The translations under genes were made by a program, and so were the position numbers. The notes under the pieces were generated by a model. The model saw only the letters and a program-made list of their open reading frames with translations. It was not told where the DNA came from and did no database searches. 64,000 nt of DNA. Source: Okamejei kenojei. Its lineage: Eukaryota. Positions within the stretch are counted from its first letter, which is position 1. Each line of letters begins with the position of its first letter. This document shows, in pieces, positions 1 through 13,204 of the stretch. Location of the stretch: the NCBI GenBank assembly GCA_035221665.1, contig CM069143.1:13764001-13828000 (forward strand), written 5' to 3'.

Positions 1-1083
1 TTTTTATCATTGTTGTGTTATGAATACCACAGAAAATATTATGCACTCTCAAGATCACATTTATTAGAATTTATTAAATATATAGTTATTGAACTTTGCA
101 TTTTGGAAAAGTCCCAGCTGAGAGGAAGACAGCAAAATACTGAAAATATTGGGGGTGAAAATGACTTCAGGACAGTTTGTTACAAAAATGAAAGAAATGG
201 TATCAGAATACTTAAACAGCTGAGTAAGTATAATTTTATGAATGGGAATTGTGTTCAACCAACAAAGTAACTAGCATGTTAAATAACAAGGAAGCCAATG
301 AATGTAGCAAATTTTGTTCTCCATAATTTGGTCTGTGAAGTGCCCCATAAAAGGTTACTGCATTAGAGGCGCACCTGTGGACGTGAACGTAATAGGTTAA
401 GTCCAGGGGGTCAGATATGGGGCTTTATGTGTGGGTCAGATATATTTTCAGTGCAAAGGGGCTAGGAGTAAGGCCAACTTTGCATCCAGAGTCAAGGTCT
501 GGAATAGTACTAGATGTGCAGTCAAAGCTGGGACCAGGGGTGCGTTCAGCACTGGGAACCTAAGCAGGTATTATCAGGGTAGAATAGGATGCCAGGTGTG
601 AGGCTGGCCTTGTGGTCAGGAATGAGTGAAGTTGTGCAACTGGAGTCGGGGCCAGGAGTAATACCAGTTGTGCAGTGAGACCCAGGTTGGTCAACATGGG
701 CCAAGTGCTTGATTATAATCTGATTTCCATACATGAATACACAAAATCATTCATGTGCTGCACCTGTTGATCAGAGCCTGGGCTCTACAGTGGAATGTAA
801 TTTACTCTAACCTTATTCATAGCTAATCCAATTTAAAGCATATATATTGCATTCAAGTGTAAATTAAAAGACTCGCTACAGTATGCACCATATTGCACAA
901 TTTGAAGCTGAAAAATGCAAATGTTCCGTACTAATGGGAGTACACCTTCCACCCCAAACCCCCCCCCCCCCCCCCCCCGCCGGGTCGCTATGCTCCCTCG
1001 GGCTTGGTCTCTTGCAATTTCTCACTCCCAACTCACCCAATGTTGGCAGGTATCAGTTTGATTGAGGTATCAAATTTGATTGA

Positions 1084-1101
1084 GGGGAAAGAGAAAGGGA
1101 G

Positions 1102-1161
<60 letters not shown>

Positions 1162-1170
1162 AATGAATGA
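1084..1170. repeat. (GA)n microsatellite
   Basis: Long uninterrupted GA run with degenerate GAAT/GA flanks. Confidence 0.95.
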
Positions 1171-3800
1171 GAGCTGAAAAGAGAGCTGCCAAGTTTTCTA
1201 TTGTGCCTGACACCCTGATGAAGCTGAATAACCCTCATTAACTAATAGCTTTAAAATTGTTTTTAGTGACACTAGCTAGTTTAGATGGGCATTACTTATC
1301 TGGCAGGAAAACAAATGACACAAAATACTATTGCAGGTATAATTACCTTTAAGTTATGAAGTAAACTTATTGAGGGTTTTAATTTCAGAATTTCATGGTC
1401 GGAAACAATCAGCTGATCACTTATTATAGGACCAGTCTGTTTATAGTAAATCTTGATCAATTGCTGAGGATGAAAATGTATTTCTTTCCATTGCTTCCAT
1501 TCTATCATAATCATCTTTTGTCCACTGAACTCTAATGCTCTCTATCCATTTACTGCTAATAATCCATGTTAATTTCCCAAAGTTTAATACATTGTGACCT
1601 GTCTATACTTCTTGTTACTGGTAAATTAATCTGTATGAACACATTTATACATTAGTATCTTTCCTAAAATAGACCAAAAAACCCCAGAACATTTAAAGGT
1701 TATCTGTTCTAAATTTTGTTATGGATGGCAGATTAAAAAAAAATTGAGCTCATTTACTTATTAAGAATGGTTATTTAATTGGTGGTAAAGTTCAAAATGA
1801 AGCTGTGGTGTGTAGTGCATAATGTAGCAAAAATAAAATGGTGATCTTGGATAAATGAAGACACAGACACAGACACACACACACACTATATATAACACAA
1901 AGTGTTTCAGCATTTTATTGGTGTCATAAAAATGTCTCGTTTTGATACCTTGTATCACTCACTGTCTTGACTCGCCAAAACCTAAACAGTCTAAGCATAT
2001 TCTGCCATTTGAAACTAATCGATTGAAAATTCCTTCGTTGACTTTTGCTGCAAGCCAGGAGAAGATTCAGGGCATGCAAACCAGGCTGTCATAGACAACG
2101 TGGTACAGCAAACATGCAGAGAAAAGCATGAAAATATCCAACTACGTCAAGAAGAAATATTTACCTATAAACAGGATGCATTTGCACATTTGCATAAGTT
2201 GCACATATGATTCACTTGTCCTGGCACTTGTGACATTTCCGGCAGGATCCTGCCCACCAAGTAATTGGGCCAAGTATTTCTGGGCTTCATTCACCCTTCT
2301 GCAGTTTAAATGGTCTATTGTATTTCAGCCATCTGTGGATGGCATTAATATATGTTATTTTCATTATTTACAACAGAAACTGGATCAAGTAATTGCAACC
2401 TACAACTCCTGTTAGTAACTCACAATAAATCCAGGAGCAGTGCATAATGGAGAACTGTGTGTGATTTTAAAATGTCCCTACCCATTGATTTTAAATTCAC
2501 AGAATCCTCTTGTGAATTTTGTATTAGGAAATGAATCAGTGTCAACAGTCCTGTGTAAAGAACAAGGAATGTGTTTAGCTCACAGGCCTCTCCATTTCTG
2601 AACCTGATGACAGCTGCTGATGGCAAAGACCTTGGGGATCTTGCAACATTGGATAGAGGCAGACCTGCTCTCCAGGAACACCCAAATGCCAGTGCACAGA
2701 GATCTCTTTGAAAGCTCTGACTCCCTTCCCCTAGGTCAGTGTGTGAAAGACATGGCAGATGCCTATCTGCAAAGGAGTTGCTGACTTTGAAATACAAAGG
2801 ACAGCTCTCTCCATTTTTAAAGGGTAGCAAATTATGATTGCGGTTTCTTAAAGCAAGAATGCTCCGATTTCACAATTTGTTTTAATACCTGATTTGGCAT
2901 TCGCACCAATTTAGCACACCAATGATGCCTGAAGTCCAATTTCCAGACATATTTATTTAGAACATTAGAAACCTTTGCTTCTCAGGGTTACAAACCAGAC
3001 CACAATCTTGGTTTTCGAACACTTGCTCTTTTTGGAATATCCTTCTGGACTCGCAGTTTGTCAGAACAGAATGCAAACTAGAATTATCTACCCTGCCGAT
3101 ATGTAATTTTAAATATATAGACTTATCTGCATGGCAACAGTACTTTGTTATGATTCACATGGTGGTTTATGCGCATGTTTTTGATTGTAATAGAAAATTC
3201 TCTGAACTGCGAAAATAGCTGTACATTATGTACAATACATGAGATTTTTTAGTTACCAATTCAGAGCAGTATTCAGTTATCATTGAAGACCAGAGATGTG
3301 AAGATTGTTGTGAAAGAAATTAATTACTACATACAATTTTTTTTTTCATAAATTCTTGAGTGGTTCTGATTTTAGCATAAATTTAAAGAAAGAAATATAA
3401 TTTCAAATGCATGTGGTAATTACCATTGTACGGTTCATGGGAATCTGGTGAAATTCTGCTAGTTTCTCCATCCAGGAATACATAGATGCATGTGTTTCTG
3501 TTATTCTGTGAAGTAAGTCATTGTATTAACACATTTGTTAAGTAAATTGCAACTATGTATTCATTTATTTTCAGTACTGTATGAAGAGGGATGGAGGGAA
3601 CAAATATGCTCCATGCACCCAATAGATTTAATTTCTAACATGCTCTTTAGGTTGTTGACTGTTGTAAGGACAGAATTATTCTGTTTATTACACCGGCTTG
3701 GGGGTGATTTTTCATAGATTCAAACCAAATGGATATGATGGTCATTAAAAACAAAGTCAGCTATTTTAGAAGCATTTACAAGCCAAAGCACAGGAAATCC

Positions 3801-4388
3801 AGTTTCCAGTTTAGTTTATTGTCACATGTACCGAGGTACAGTGAAAAAGCCTTTTGTTACGTGCTAACCAGTCAGCAGAAAGGCAATGCATCATTGCAAT
3901 CAATCCATTTACAGTGTATAGACTCGTGATAAGGGAATAACATTTAGTGCAAGATCAAGTCAGCAAAGTCCGGTCAAAGATAGTCTGAGGTAGATAGTTC
4001 AGCACTGTTGTCTGGTTGTGGTAGGGTGATTCAGTTGCCTGATAACAGCTGGAAAGAAACTGTCCCTAAATGTGGTGGCATGCGTTTTCACACTTATGTA
4101 CCTTTTGCGAGGAGAAGAGGGGGTGGCCTGGGTGCGACACGTCCTTGATTATGCTGCTTTCCTTGCCGAGGCAGCGTGAGGCATTAACGGAATCAATAGA
4201 AGGGAGGTTGGTTTGTGTGATGGTCTGGGCTGCATCCACAATTTGCTACAATTTCTTACGGTCCTGGATGGAGCTGTTCCCAAACCAGGCTGTGATGCAT
4301 CCTGATAAAATGCTTTCTATGGTGCATCTGTAGACGTTGGTGAGAATTGAGTTGGTGAGGGGACATGCCAAACTTCCTAAGCCTTCTG
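3801..4388 (-). mobile_element. Rex1/Babar-like LINE 3' fragment
   Basis: Homologous to the 46640-47318 copy (agtttattgtcacatgtaccgaggtacagtgaaaa...ctgataacagctggaaagaaactgtccct), which encodes the TTRFRDSFFPAVIR C-terminus. Confidence 0.75.
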
Positions 4389-5275
4389 GTTCAATCATGG
4401 CTCAATAGGCTAGATGTAGTGGAGAAATTCTGTGTAACACTATTTAGGAATTATACACATGAGTGCATAAAAACTGAAGACCTGAACTTAATGGCAGCGA
4501 TTTGCCATTATTTTTCCTGATGCTTTCATGGAGTATTACAGCAGAATGATTAATGGCAGCAACTTCCCTCCCACATTTTATGTTGGTGAATTGAGTCTAG
4601 GAACTTGCACTGGGCTAGACTTTTAACAATCATCTTTATATTTATGACCAGAAACATTAACTGTCTCTCTGTTCTTTGGTTATTAGTTATTGATAATTAT
4701 TTATGTATGTTTATATTTTTATAATATATATAGATATAAAACACATATGTTAAAATAACATGCCATTTTATTGAAAGTTTTTTAATAAAACAGAAAATGC
4801 TGGAAATGATTTTTAAGGAAAGGCAGGCAATATCGAGAAATAGTTTAGCCCCTGTCGCACTTGACGACCTCCACCGCGACCTCTGGCGAGTTTGCCCGTG
4901 ACCCATAGTTGCGGCAAGGTCGCCATGAGGTCGTAGGAGGTCTTCATCACTCTCCTTCATGCTCGAGAGTGGTCTCCGCGTAGTCGAGGCTTCAGCTAGG
5001 TTGCGGCGTATTTTTCAAAATGTTAAAAATTGACCGTGACTAAAAAATAGATGGAAAAAATCAATATTTTTTTTTAGTCGTAGGTCTAGCCTAAGACAGT
5101 CGTAGTAGGTCATGATGCTAGTCGTAGATAGTCAAAGGTGGTTGAAGGTAAAGAGGAAAAAAAGTTCAGTAGGAAGAAAAAGGTAATTTAAACAGCAGAA
5201 CGTCACCTCTTTCACTCCAAGGCATGTTCATTCATAGCTGGAGAGTTTTCTGGAGAGGAGACTTGTATTTTAGAG

Positions 5276-5685
5276 ATGACACCAAAAAGGCAGCAGCGCA
5301 GGGGAAGGGCACAACCCTCAAAAAAACTGGCCGTGCAGGTGTTGCCCTCCCAGGAGGAGGAGTGGCAGGAGGTGATGCCAAAGGAGGTGATAGTGCAGGA
5401 GGAGGTAGCCCTGCATGAGAGACGCCTGGAGGAGGAGACCAAGGTGGTAGTATCACCACCCCATCCTTCACTGCCTCATTTGAAGGCAGCAAAGCAGCCC
5501 TTTCTCCTGTGTCTGACACAGCATCAGAGGCAGATGCCCCATTGGTGGTGAGGGAGGGCTGGAGGAAGGTTATGGCCTACACCTTCACCAGGCAGCAGGA
5601 GGGGGACCTTGAGGAATGGTTCCAGCAGAATGCCATCCTGTACGAAAAGGAAAATGAGGGGTACAGGGACAGTGAATGGCAGTGA
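5276..5685 (+). pseudogene. Harbinger Myb/SANT (MADF-like) DNA-binding ORF remnant
   Basis: Basic/acidic N-terminus MTPKRQQRRGR..., then after a frameshift AYTFTRQQEGDLEEWFQQNAILYEKENEGYRD, resembling the start of a MADF domain; truncated by deletion. Confidence 0.65.
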
Positions 5686-5877
5686 ATTGCCATCCACTGC
5701 CCCACACGTGTGCTTAAAGTTCCATCTTTTGTCAATGCCCAGCGCCACTCTCTTCCAGTCATCTGGTGTACTGGGACAGTCCATCACATCGTCTCCATTC
5801 ACCCGAGACCTCTTCTTATGGTTCCTCTTCACCCTTGCTCTTCCCCTTCTGCCTTTCTTAAAAGGCTGCTGAAGCAA
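5680..5877 (-). pseudogene. Harbinger DDE transposase remnant
   Basis: CPSTPDDWKRVALGIDKRWNFKHTCGAVDG matches the Harbinger/HARBI1 P-T-xxW...RWNFPxCxGAxDG motif with the first catalytic Asp. Confidence 0.85.
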
Positions 5878-6819
5878 AAGGGCTACTGCAAACAGCAGTA
5901 GTTACTAACAACCTCCAAACTAGTTCCTTTCTTGCTTGCATGGTTCAAAATGATAATATTAAATAAAAAACCTGGGAGGCATTTTTTGGTGAGAAAAAAA
6001 AATGCAGACATGACATTTTATCAGGTGATCATTTGAGCTGTAGATTCTCGTCACTGGTCAATGTTGGTTTTCGGTGTGGTCCTCTGACGTGGAAGGGGGT
6101 TGTACTCATTCCCAGACCAATTTGCCACAGATCATCGTCGCATAAAACCTACATGGTCGAAGCCAGTCTTCAACATAGTCGAAGGAAGTCTTCTTCATAG
6201 TCGAGGGAGGTCTTCAACATACTCGTAGGAGGTCGTAGATCACTGCAACCTTGATTTAAAAAAATATATTTTTAAGTTGCTTAAGGTCGCCAGAGGTCGC
6301 GGTGAAGGTCTCCTAAGTGGGACAGGCCCTTTAATGTTTCAGGTCATAAATCCTTTGTCAGGACTAGGAAAGAGAGAAAACACATTTGCTTTTCGAGAAG
6401 CTGGAGCAGGAACATACAGAAGAAAGGGAAAGGGTTAGGATGAGACCAAATGACAATGTGCAGTCAGAAGACAGACAATAGGCTTCTTACTTTCAGATGT
6501 TGAACTGGGAGAGGATGCTGAAATTACTTTGTTTATCGTTGCACTTGTTTTTGTGAGTATTGCTGAGATAGCATTGGTGTCAAGGCTACCTATGACCCAA
6601 AAGCCAAGAGACAAACTCATTGAAAGTCAAGATCCAAGATGAATTTATCAAGAACAGAAAATGCCAGCTGGCAGGAACTCTTGGAACTTATCAGTTTCAA
6701 CGCTGAGCTTTAAGTAAATGCCCTTGATTCCATTCCATATCAAATTACGAATGCAATCTCACTGCCAATACTTACTGACAAGAAGACAGGACGACCATTT
6801 ACCAATTGAAAAGCAACAA

Positions 6820-7350
6820 TGCCTCGGGAGCAGATAGTTACTTTACAGTTGTGCAGGACCTGGATGAGACTGCACCTTGAGGATGATGTACATGGCAGGC
6901 ATGCCAATTAACTTGCAATAGAGAGAGTGCACCATATTGATTCCTAGAAGGAGAGGTTTGTCCTTTGAATAGAGCTGAAGCAGACGGAACTCTTTATTTC
7001 TTAAATGTATCAGAATTCGAGTTTATCTTATTGATTCTTAGCAAATGCTTATGTAGCTGATATGAAGATGAAGTGATGATACTTGTCTGGCTTGATCTAG
7101 AGGTCACAAGCTCACAATAATGGTTAGAGCACCTGGGTTTGAGATGGAAGAAAACATCCTCACTTGGAGGATAGTGAACTCATGTAATTCTCCACATAAA
7201 TGGTGCTATGGAGTTTCGATCACTGAGTATATCCAAGGCAGAGATAGATTTGTGGGGATACTTGGACGTCAGTGCAAGAAAGTGGCGCTGGAGTAAATGA
7301 ATGATGGAATGGCCATGAGGTGCACAAGGGCCTATAACTCCCCCTGTTTC
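6820..7350 (+). mobile_element. Old CR1 LINE 3' fragment
   Basis: Degenerate similarity to the CR1 at 32491-33130 (tgagactgcaccttgag, acttgcaatagagagagtgca, atccaaggcagagatagatttg). Confidence 0.6.
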
Positions 7351-7518
7351 TCGTGTTCTCCTGATGTTATTACATATTACTGTCAGTGGATAAGAAATGG
7401 CTTCGCTGGTGCTGACTACAAATGATTCCTCTCATGAGTCAAAATGGGAAGTACTGGCAGACTGTTTGACAGTAAAGAGACATCACACAAGCTTGATCTT
7501 GCTGTTGATGGACATATG

Positions 7519-7597
7519 GCTCGACCCGAAACGTCACCCATTCCTTCTCTCCAGAGATACTGCCTGGCCCGCTGAGTTACTCCAGCATTTTATGTCT
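7519..7597 (+). mobile_element. Penelope-like pLTR fragment
   Basis: ctcgacccgaaacgtcacccattccttctctccagagatactgcctggcccgctgagttactccagca. Confidence 0.8.
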
Positions 7598-7989
7598 GGC
7601 TTCATGTTTCATTGCTTTTCCTCCTTGCTGTCTGATTGCACATTGGCAGATAAATCAATTGTCCAAGATGAACCAGCCCAATGCAGCCCAGCATCCATAA
7701 TGCAGACAAATGAAATAGACAATGTATTTAACCAAAGGTAGTTGCCTATCTGAAATGGATTTGCAATTGGGGTTATCTAGACAGATGAGAAAGATAAATT
7801 CTGTCATTTCGCCAATGCTTATTACACTCCAGCTTTTCTGATCTGGAATTAAGTTGCTATCAAGTTCCCAATGTTGATGAGAGGGGTGATGGTCATTCTC
7901 CAGCAGTGAGATTGTGACACTATGATCTGCAGAAATGAATAGCATTAGAATAAAATGACACACCTTTATAAAGGAGTTGCGGAGGATGT

Positions 7990-8178
7990 TATTTAGACAG
8001 AGGGTGGTGAATCTGTGAAATTGGGGGATTGATAGATTCTTGATTAATACAGATGTTATGGATTATGGGGAGAAGGCAGGAGAATGGGGTTGAGAGGAAG
8101 AGATAGATCAGCCATGATTGAATGGAGGAATAGACTTGATGGGCCGAATGGCCTAATTCTGCTCCTATAACTTATGAA
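7990..8178 (+). mobile_element. CR1 LINE 3' end
   Basis: cagagggtggtgaatctgtg...gatcagccatgattgaatgg...gggccgaatggcctaattctgctcctat. Confidence 0.8.
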
Positions 8179-8992
8179 CACGAATATAAATAAGGGAGCA
8201 GAAAACATTCTGCATGATGGTATTCCATGGCCAGGGAGGAACTGTTTTGTTTATTCACATCAAGTGGGTAAGCAGAGCCAATACTTGGGTCTCCACATGA
8301 TTGAAAGTTATTAAAACATACCATTTCCAAAGATACTACAGAAGGAATCATTTTCTTCTGATACACCAATATGCTGTGCTTCTTAGCATTTTGCAGGTGA
8401 GATTTTTTTCTTCTCTTTGGGAGACTGCAGGGGAAGGGAACACGTGAGCCTCTCCCAGGATATCTAACTCAGCCACTGCAATCGGCAGTTTAGCATCACT
8501 GCACTGGAGAAGCTGAGCACCTGCCCTGTGTCTGAGCCGAGTTTCATCTGAATTCATTCATAACCACAAAAGACTACATCAAGCAGTAGTCCCAGTTGAA
8601 AAGCAATGACATGCATAACTGCATTAAATCTTGTACAAATTACACTATTAACAAGCATGAATTCTTACATGCAAAGTGTGCACAAAAACCACTCCTTTGA
8701 TTTAAACTGTTGCTGTTTTATGATGGTTCAGTGTTTTACACTGACCATCTGGGATAGGAGGGCCCTAACCTTGTTCACTGTTTGGCTCTACAGATCCTTA
8801 TAAGTATTCAATATCAAGGAATCACATTTGTACAGTGCAGCTTACATTTTTAGAATACACTAAAGCAGTTCATAGCCAAGTGGAGTCACGGCTGCGAAAG
8901 AGTACAATTCCACAAACAATAATAACATTATTGGCAATATTGTCTCTAAAATGATGTAGTTTGAAGGATATGTTGGCCAAGAAAGACTTGAG

Positions 8993-9325
8993 GTCAGCAC
9001 AGTAACGTTGCAAATAGTGCTGCTGCCTCACAATTCCAGCAACCCAGGTTTGATCCTGACCTCCAATGCAGTTTGTGCGAGGGTTTGCACTTTTTCCATG
9101 TGAGTGTGTGGGTTACCTGTCCTTCTGTCACATCCCAAGGACATGCCGATTGGATGGTAATTCGCTTACTTAAATTACCCAGAATGTAGATGGATGGTAG
9201 GATAATCAAGGAAGAGTTGTTGGCTGAGTGAGAGAGTAGGTTACAGGGAAATAGGAGGATGAATGGCATTGATGGGGATGCTGTGGCAGATGACTTAGAC
9301 TCAGTGGGTCGAATAGTTTTCTTTA
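8993..9325 (+). mobile_element. tRNA-derived SINE (HE1/V-SINE-like)
   Basis: gctgctgcctcaca...ccaggtttgatcctgacctc head, central gggtt..ctcccacatcccaaagac-like core, LINE-like tail. Confidence 0.75.
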
Positions 9326-9399
9326 TTTTTTACTGTCTTTAAGGCTCACCAAAAAAGACAGACGCCTCATTCAAAGAATGATACCTCCCACAGCATCAC

Positions 9400-9750
9400 T
9401 AACATAGAGTAAATCAGCACAGAAACAGGCCCTTTGTCCAATTTGTCCATGACAATCAGGATGTCCCATGTAAGCCATTTGCTAATGTTTGGCTCATGTA
9501 CCTCTAAACTTTTCCTATCCATGTACCTGCCCAAGTGTCTTTTAATGCAGTTATGGTACCTGCCTCCAACACCTAGTTTAGCAGCTCGTTCCATGTACAC
9601 ACCATCTTCTGAATGGAAAATGTTGTGCCTCGGGTTCCTATGAAATCTTTCCTTTCTCACCTTCAACGTATGTCCTTGGTTGTTCATTCTCTCACCTTGG
9701 GTAAAAGACTCTTATGCATTCACCCTATCAATTACCCTAATGATTTTACA
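9400..9750 (-). mobile_element. CR1 LINE 3' fragment
   Basis: Minus-strand ORF 9367-9687 GHTLKVRKERFHRNPRHNIF resembles the CR1 ORF2 C-terminus; cagcacagaaacaggccc tail. Confidence 0.75.
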
Positions 9751-10822
9751 CACATTGGTGCATTATCAATCTTCCACTGAAGTATTCGGCAAATGTAAGC
9801 TGTGAAAAACAAAAAAAAATTACCCGAGAGATTCATCGGGTCAGACAGCATCAGTAGAGAGAAATGGACAGACAACATTTGGAGTGAGGACCCATCTAAT
9901 TGTCTGTTTTTTGCTCAAGATTCCAGAGTCTTGAATTTGTGATCTTCTGGCCATAAATTGTGGTGGAGTTGTAGAAAGGCATTGAGCTTCAGTAAACATG
10001 CTTTAATGAGCAAGCTGACTGACAGTCAATAACAAGATACAGTGCTAAGATGTTACTTTTTAAAGCAGCTTTTCTGAAAGAGTGTGCTTTAATCCTATTG
10101 CCGCAATATACAAGCTCAGCATGTGGAAGTCAATCATAAAACTTTGATTTGACTTGTACCACATTGTAAGAAATGTGAGCTTGATTTTTTTGCCGCTATT
10201 AATCTAACGCTCCACTGGATTTCATCTTGTAAGTGAGATATTACAAATGTTGACATCTCATTGTTGTCTTGCATTCACATAGAGATAGGGGATTGCAGTG
10301 GCTGATTCTTCTCACACTTCAGGAAAATAATGTACTATAATGGGACAACTTTATAAGCTCTGCTGTTGGAACACTGACAAGACAGCATTGTGTTTGGTTC
10401 CAATTTTTTTTCTAATTTTAAATTATATTTGGATCTGTGTTATAAAAGGAGATTTCAAAATGAAACAGAAACAAGATTGCGATTGAAGAGAATGAGATCA
10501 CCTACTATGTCTCACACACATCACAATGTCGCCTACCACAGATCTTTGATATGCTGTGACTCATCACTGTAGATGGTTATTGTTAACACTTGCAGCACTA
10601 ATAGAAATTGAAAACCTTTGATGTTATATGGCTTGATGTCAAGTTTATAATTGGTTTATTCTGAGGGGTTTCTGCTGCTACATCTTTCTGCTGCAGGTGA
10701 AGAGAATTTTTGAATTATGTTTTTTTTTAAATGCCTTCAGTTATTATTTATACAGGTAGCAAAGTGCACGGATGCAGAAGACCAAAGCAATTTCTGGTAA
10801 TGCCCATTATTGTTATGATCAA

Positions 10823-11392
10823 GGGTACACAAAAGGCTGGTGAAACTCAGCGGATGCAGCAGCATCTAAGGAGCGAAGGAGATAGGCGACGTTTCGGGTC
10901 GAGACCCTTCTTCAGACTGGTCAGGGATCAGGGAAACGTGAGATATAGACGGTGATGTGGAGAGATAAAGAACAATGAATGAAAGATATGCAAAAAAGTA
11001 TCGATGATAAAGGGAACAAGCCATCATTGTAAGCTGTTTGTGGTGTGAAAATGAGAAGCTGGTGTGACTAGGGTGGGGGAGGAAGATAGAGAGAGAGGGA
11101 ATGCCAGGGCCCGAGGGCTGAGGGAGAGGTGGGAAGGGGAGGAGACAGCGAGGGTTAACAGAATTGAGAAAATTCAATGTTCAAGCCCAAAGGATGCAGA
11201 CTCCCCAAGCGGAATATGAGGTGCTGTTCCTCCAATTTGCGGTGTTGCTCACTCTGGCCGTGGAGGAGGCCCAGGACCGAGAGGTCGGATACGGAATGGG
11301 AGGGGGAGTTGAAGTGCTGAGCCACCGGGAGGTCGGGTTGGTTAATGCGGACCGAGCGGAGGTGTTCGGCGAAACGATCGCCAAGCCTCCGC
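10823..11392 (-). mobile_element. Penelope-like element 3' part (GIY-YIG endonuclease C-terminus plus pLTR)
   Basis: RRLGDRFAEHLRSVR...PVAQHFNSPSH...EEQHLIFRLGSLHPLGLN; TSD ATGATCAA at 10815-10822 and 11393-11400. Confidence 0.92.
10884..10920 (-). ncRNA. Minimal type I hammerhead ribozyme motif in PLE pLTR
   Basis: Minus strand reads CUGAAGA-A-GGGU(CUCG)ACCC-GAAA-CG-UC. Confidence 0.7.
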
Positions 11393-12423
11393 ATGATCAA
11401 TGCATTGTGTTGGTTAAAGCCTCTCAGTTGGAGTGCAGAAATAAATAGTTATTCATAATTTACAAATACTACTTTCACAAGATAGTTATCAGGTTGGAAG
11501 ACAAACGAATGTGCTTTCTCTCAACTGAGACCACCTGGTTCACTTGTTAGGTCTACGGCAACCACCACCGCAAAGGTATTACTCTGTAAAATTAAGAGTC
11601 AAGAGTGTTTTATTGTCAGATGTACCAAAACAGAACAATGAAATCCTTACTTGCAGCAGTACAACTGGTTTGTAAACACAATACTCAATAGATAATCAAT
11701 TAACAAATATTTTTTTAAACGTTCAATATGGTGCAAGCGGGTGCGTGATTGGGAATGAGTAGAAAGATAGACCATTTTCACCCATGAATCCTCAACTTAT
11801 ATGTTGCAACAAATCAATATGATTTGTATGCCCCGCAATAAGCAGAAAAAACTGCAGTTCTTGGACAACAAAACACGTGATTTGTCATGGAAAACTGTAG
11901 TTTCAAATTACTCCTATTCTCTCCACATTCAGGATATAATTTCTAACTAATTTATGAACTAAGCACAATGTAGGAATCAGAAACAAATTCAAGATTCAGA
12001 TTCCATCTCCCATTGATAAAAATACAAGAACATAGAAAATAGAATCGAGACTTAATCATTTGGTCTCCTGTTTTTGCTCTTCCACAATAAATTCATGACT
12101 GAATTTTTTGTGTCAGAATAACTTGCTTGTAATAACACTGCCCCTTATTTCCCTAAAATTTGAACAGCTATTACTGTCTTGAATCGACTCAATAGCCAGA
12201 CGTCCACAACCCTCCAGGGTAGATAGTTCCAACAGTTTATTACTCAGTTGGGTGGAGAATTTTCTTCCCAGCCAATGGAATCATCATCCCTGCATTCAGG
12301 TTTCATAATAATTTAGTATATCAGTGGGCTCGCTTTTCATTTCGAGTCATACAGCACGGAAACAGGCCCTTCGGCCCAACTCATCCATGCTGACCAAGAT
12401 CTCTCATCTGAGCTAGTCCCATT

Positions 12424-12702
12424 TGCACAGTGGGGCAGTGGTAGAGCTGCTGCCTCACTGCGCCAGAGAACCATGTTTGATTCTGACTATGGCTGCTGAC
12501 CGTGCGGAATTTGTACATTCTCCCTGTGACCGCGTGGGTTATCTCCGGGTGCTCCAGTTTCCACCTACATTCCACAGATATTCAAGTTTGTAGGTTAATT
12601 GGCTTCTGAGATAACATCGGACTAATATACAGGTGATCAATGGGTGGTGTGGACTCGATGTGCTAAAGGGGCTGGTTGCATGCTCTATCTATAAACTAAA
12701 CT
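12424..12702 (+). mobile_element. tRNA-derived SINE (HE1/V-SINE-like)
   Basis: gcagtggtagagctgctgcctcac...gtgaccgcgtgggtt.tctccgggtgctccagtttcc...taaactaaact tail; abuts an inverted CR1-type tail at about 12343-12423. Confidence 0.85.
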
Positions 12703-13204
12703 ATTATTGTTTTCCAAGAATCCTGTTACCACTTACTTAGTTTCTAGTTTGACATTGACTTCTCCAATTTCAGGTAATCCTTGCTTTCTTCCTCCTTCCC
12801 CTCCCCTTCTCAGCTCTCCCAGAGCCTACTGTCTCCGCCTCTTCCTTCCTTTTTTCCGCCCCCCACCCCCACAGTCTGAAGAAGGGTCTCGACCTGAAAC
12901 ATCACCTATTCCTTCGCTCCATAGATGTTGCCTCACCCACTCAGTTTCTCCAGCATTTTTGTCTCCCTCCAAATTTTACAGCATCTGCCGTTCTTTCTTA
13001 AACATTTTGTCTACTCCACTGCAAAATCTCCTCAAGGTATGCCTACTTTGAAGAAGTTCTCCTCCTCTCTCCGAAGACAGTTTAGCAAACTCCTCACTCA
13101 CTGCCCCACTGTGATTTCCCCCTCCCCTCCAACTCTACGACCACATCTTAACCCAGACCCATTACCACAGCCACGTTTGCCTTCTCGGGACTTGCCTGCG
13201 CCTC

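Larger units (their letters stand above)
4847..6330. mobile_element. PIF/Harbinger DNA transposon, internally deleted non-autonomous copy
   Basis: About 44-bp TIRs (agcccctgtcgcactt...ccgcgacctctggcga / tcgccagaggtcgcgg...aagtgggacaggccct), TTA on the right flank (TTT on the left), subterminal gtcgtagg repeats, and remnants of both Harbinger ORFs. Inserted into an old PLE remnant. Confidence 0.9.

Noticed and set aside
5524-5877. Host HARBI1 gene
   Set aside because: Only a short motif survives; it is bounded by TIRs and fused to the antisense of the Myb-like ORF
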